Below, piece by piece: positions 48,397 through 48,502 of a stretch of 48,502 nucleotides of DNA. The stretch covers positions 1-48,502 of the forward strand of contig LRSL01000054.1 in assembly GCA_001563335.1 (NCBI GenBank). Direction: 5' to 3'. The stretch is from Candidatus Thorarchaeota archaeon SMTZ1-45 (GTDB lineage: Archaea; Asgardarchaeota; Thorarchaeia; Thorarchaeales; Thorarchaeaceae). Below the pieces are notes generated by a model. The model was not told the DNA's origin and did no database searches. It worked only from the letters and a program-made list of their open reading frames with translations. A program made the position numbers and the translations under genes. Position 1 is the first letter of the stretch. Each line of letters begins with the position of its first letter.

Positions 48397-48502
48397 CCTC
48401 TATTACAGATGTCCCTGCAAACGTCACCCGTATACTAAAACAGGCAGGCATTACTCCTCGAGGAATTCAAACTCAAGCAGTGGAAAAAGGGCTTCTTGAT
48501 GG
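48393..48502 (+). CDS. 5' end of a probable Ski2/Hel308-like SF2 helicase (truncated by the window end)
   Basis: ATGA overlap. Translation MTSITDVPANVTRILKQAGITPRGIQTQAVEKGLLD matches the Hel308 Q-motif pattern L...GI....Q..AV..GLL.G. Confidence 0.65.
   Translation, partial: MTSITDVPANVTRILKQAGITPRGIQTQAVEKGLLD

Noticed and set aside
1-48502. CRISPR arrays, rRNA, tRNA, transposases, integrases
   Set aside because: No regularly spaced repeats, cloverleaf-like GC stems or transposase/integrase motifs were seen by eye, and intergenic gaps are short. A tRNAscan/Infernal run would be needed to fully exclude small RNAs.

Overview
A 48.5-kb, gene-dense archaeal chromosomal segment. It is most likely from an Asgard archaeon, possibly Thorarchaeia-like; this is inferred from the Rab-like GTPase, the archaeal RadA/TrmI/ApgM/A-type ATPase genes and the general gene content, not from a database search. 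It carries housekeeping genes (enolase 3' end, apgM, pyrF, trmI, a phosphohexomutase, sugar-nucleotide enzymes, an FGGY kinase, a LarA homologue and an aminotransferase). There is a scrambled, partial A/V-type ATPase cluster (C, K, E, H, I plus two small membrane genes, with no A/B/D/F in the window) and a complete bacillithiol-type bshA/bshB/bshC cluster. Candidate eukaryotic-signature proteins are a Rab-like GTPase, a large alpha-solenoid protein and a small coiled-coil/Pro-Ala/'MMGELKALLAARRRK' protein resembling Ena/VASP-FAB or WH2-type actin binders. From 40.67 kb to the window end runs a tightly coupled operon of at least 9 genes: a divergent full-length RadA paralogue, a Zn-ribbon/wHTH protein, an Fe-S XPD/Rad3 helicase, membrane proteins, a membrane-anchored HerA/VirB4-like protein with degenerate Walker motifs, and the start of a Hel308/Ski2-like helicase. 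This operon is the best candidate for an undescribed membrane-linked DNA processing or uptake-recombination system. No rRNA, tRNA, CRISPR array or transposase was recognised. All family calls come from motif recognition by eye.
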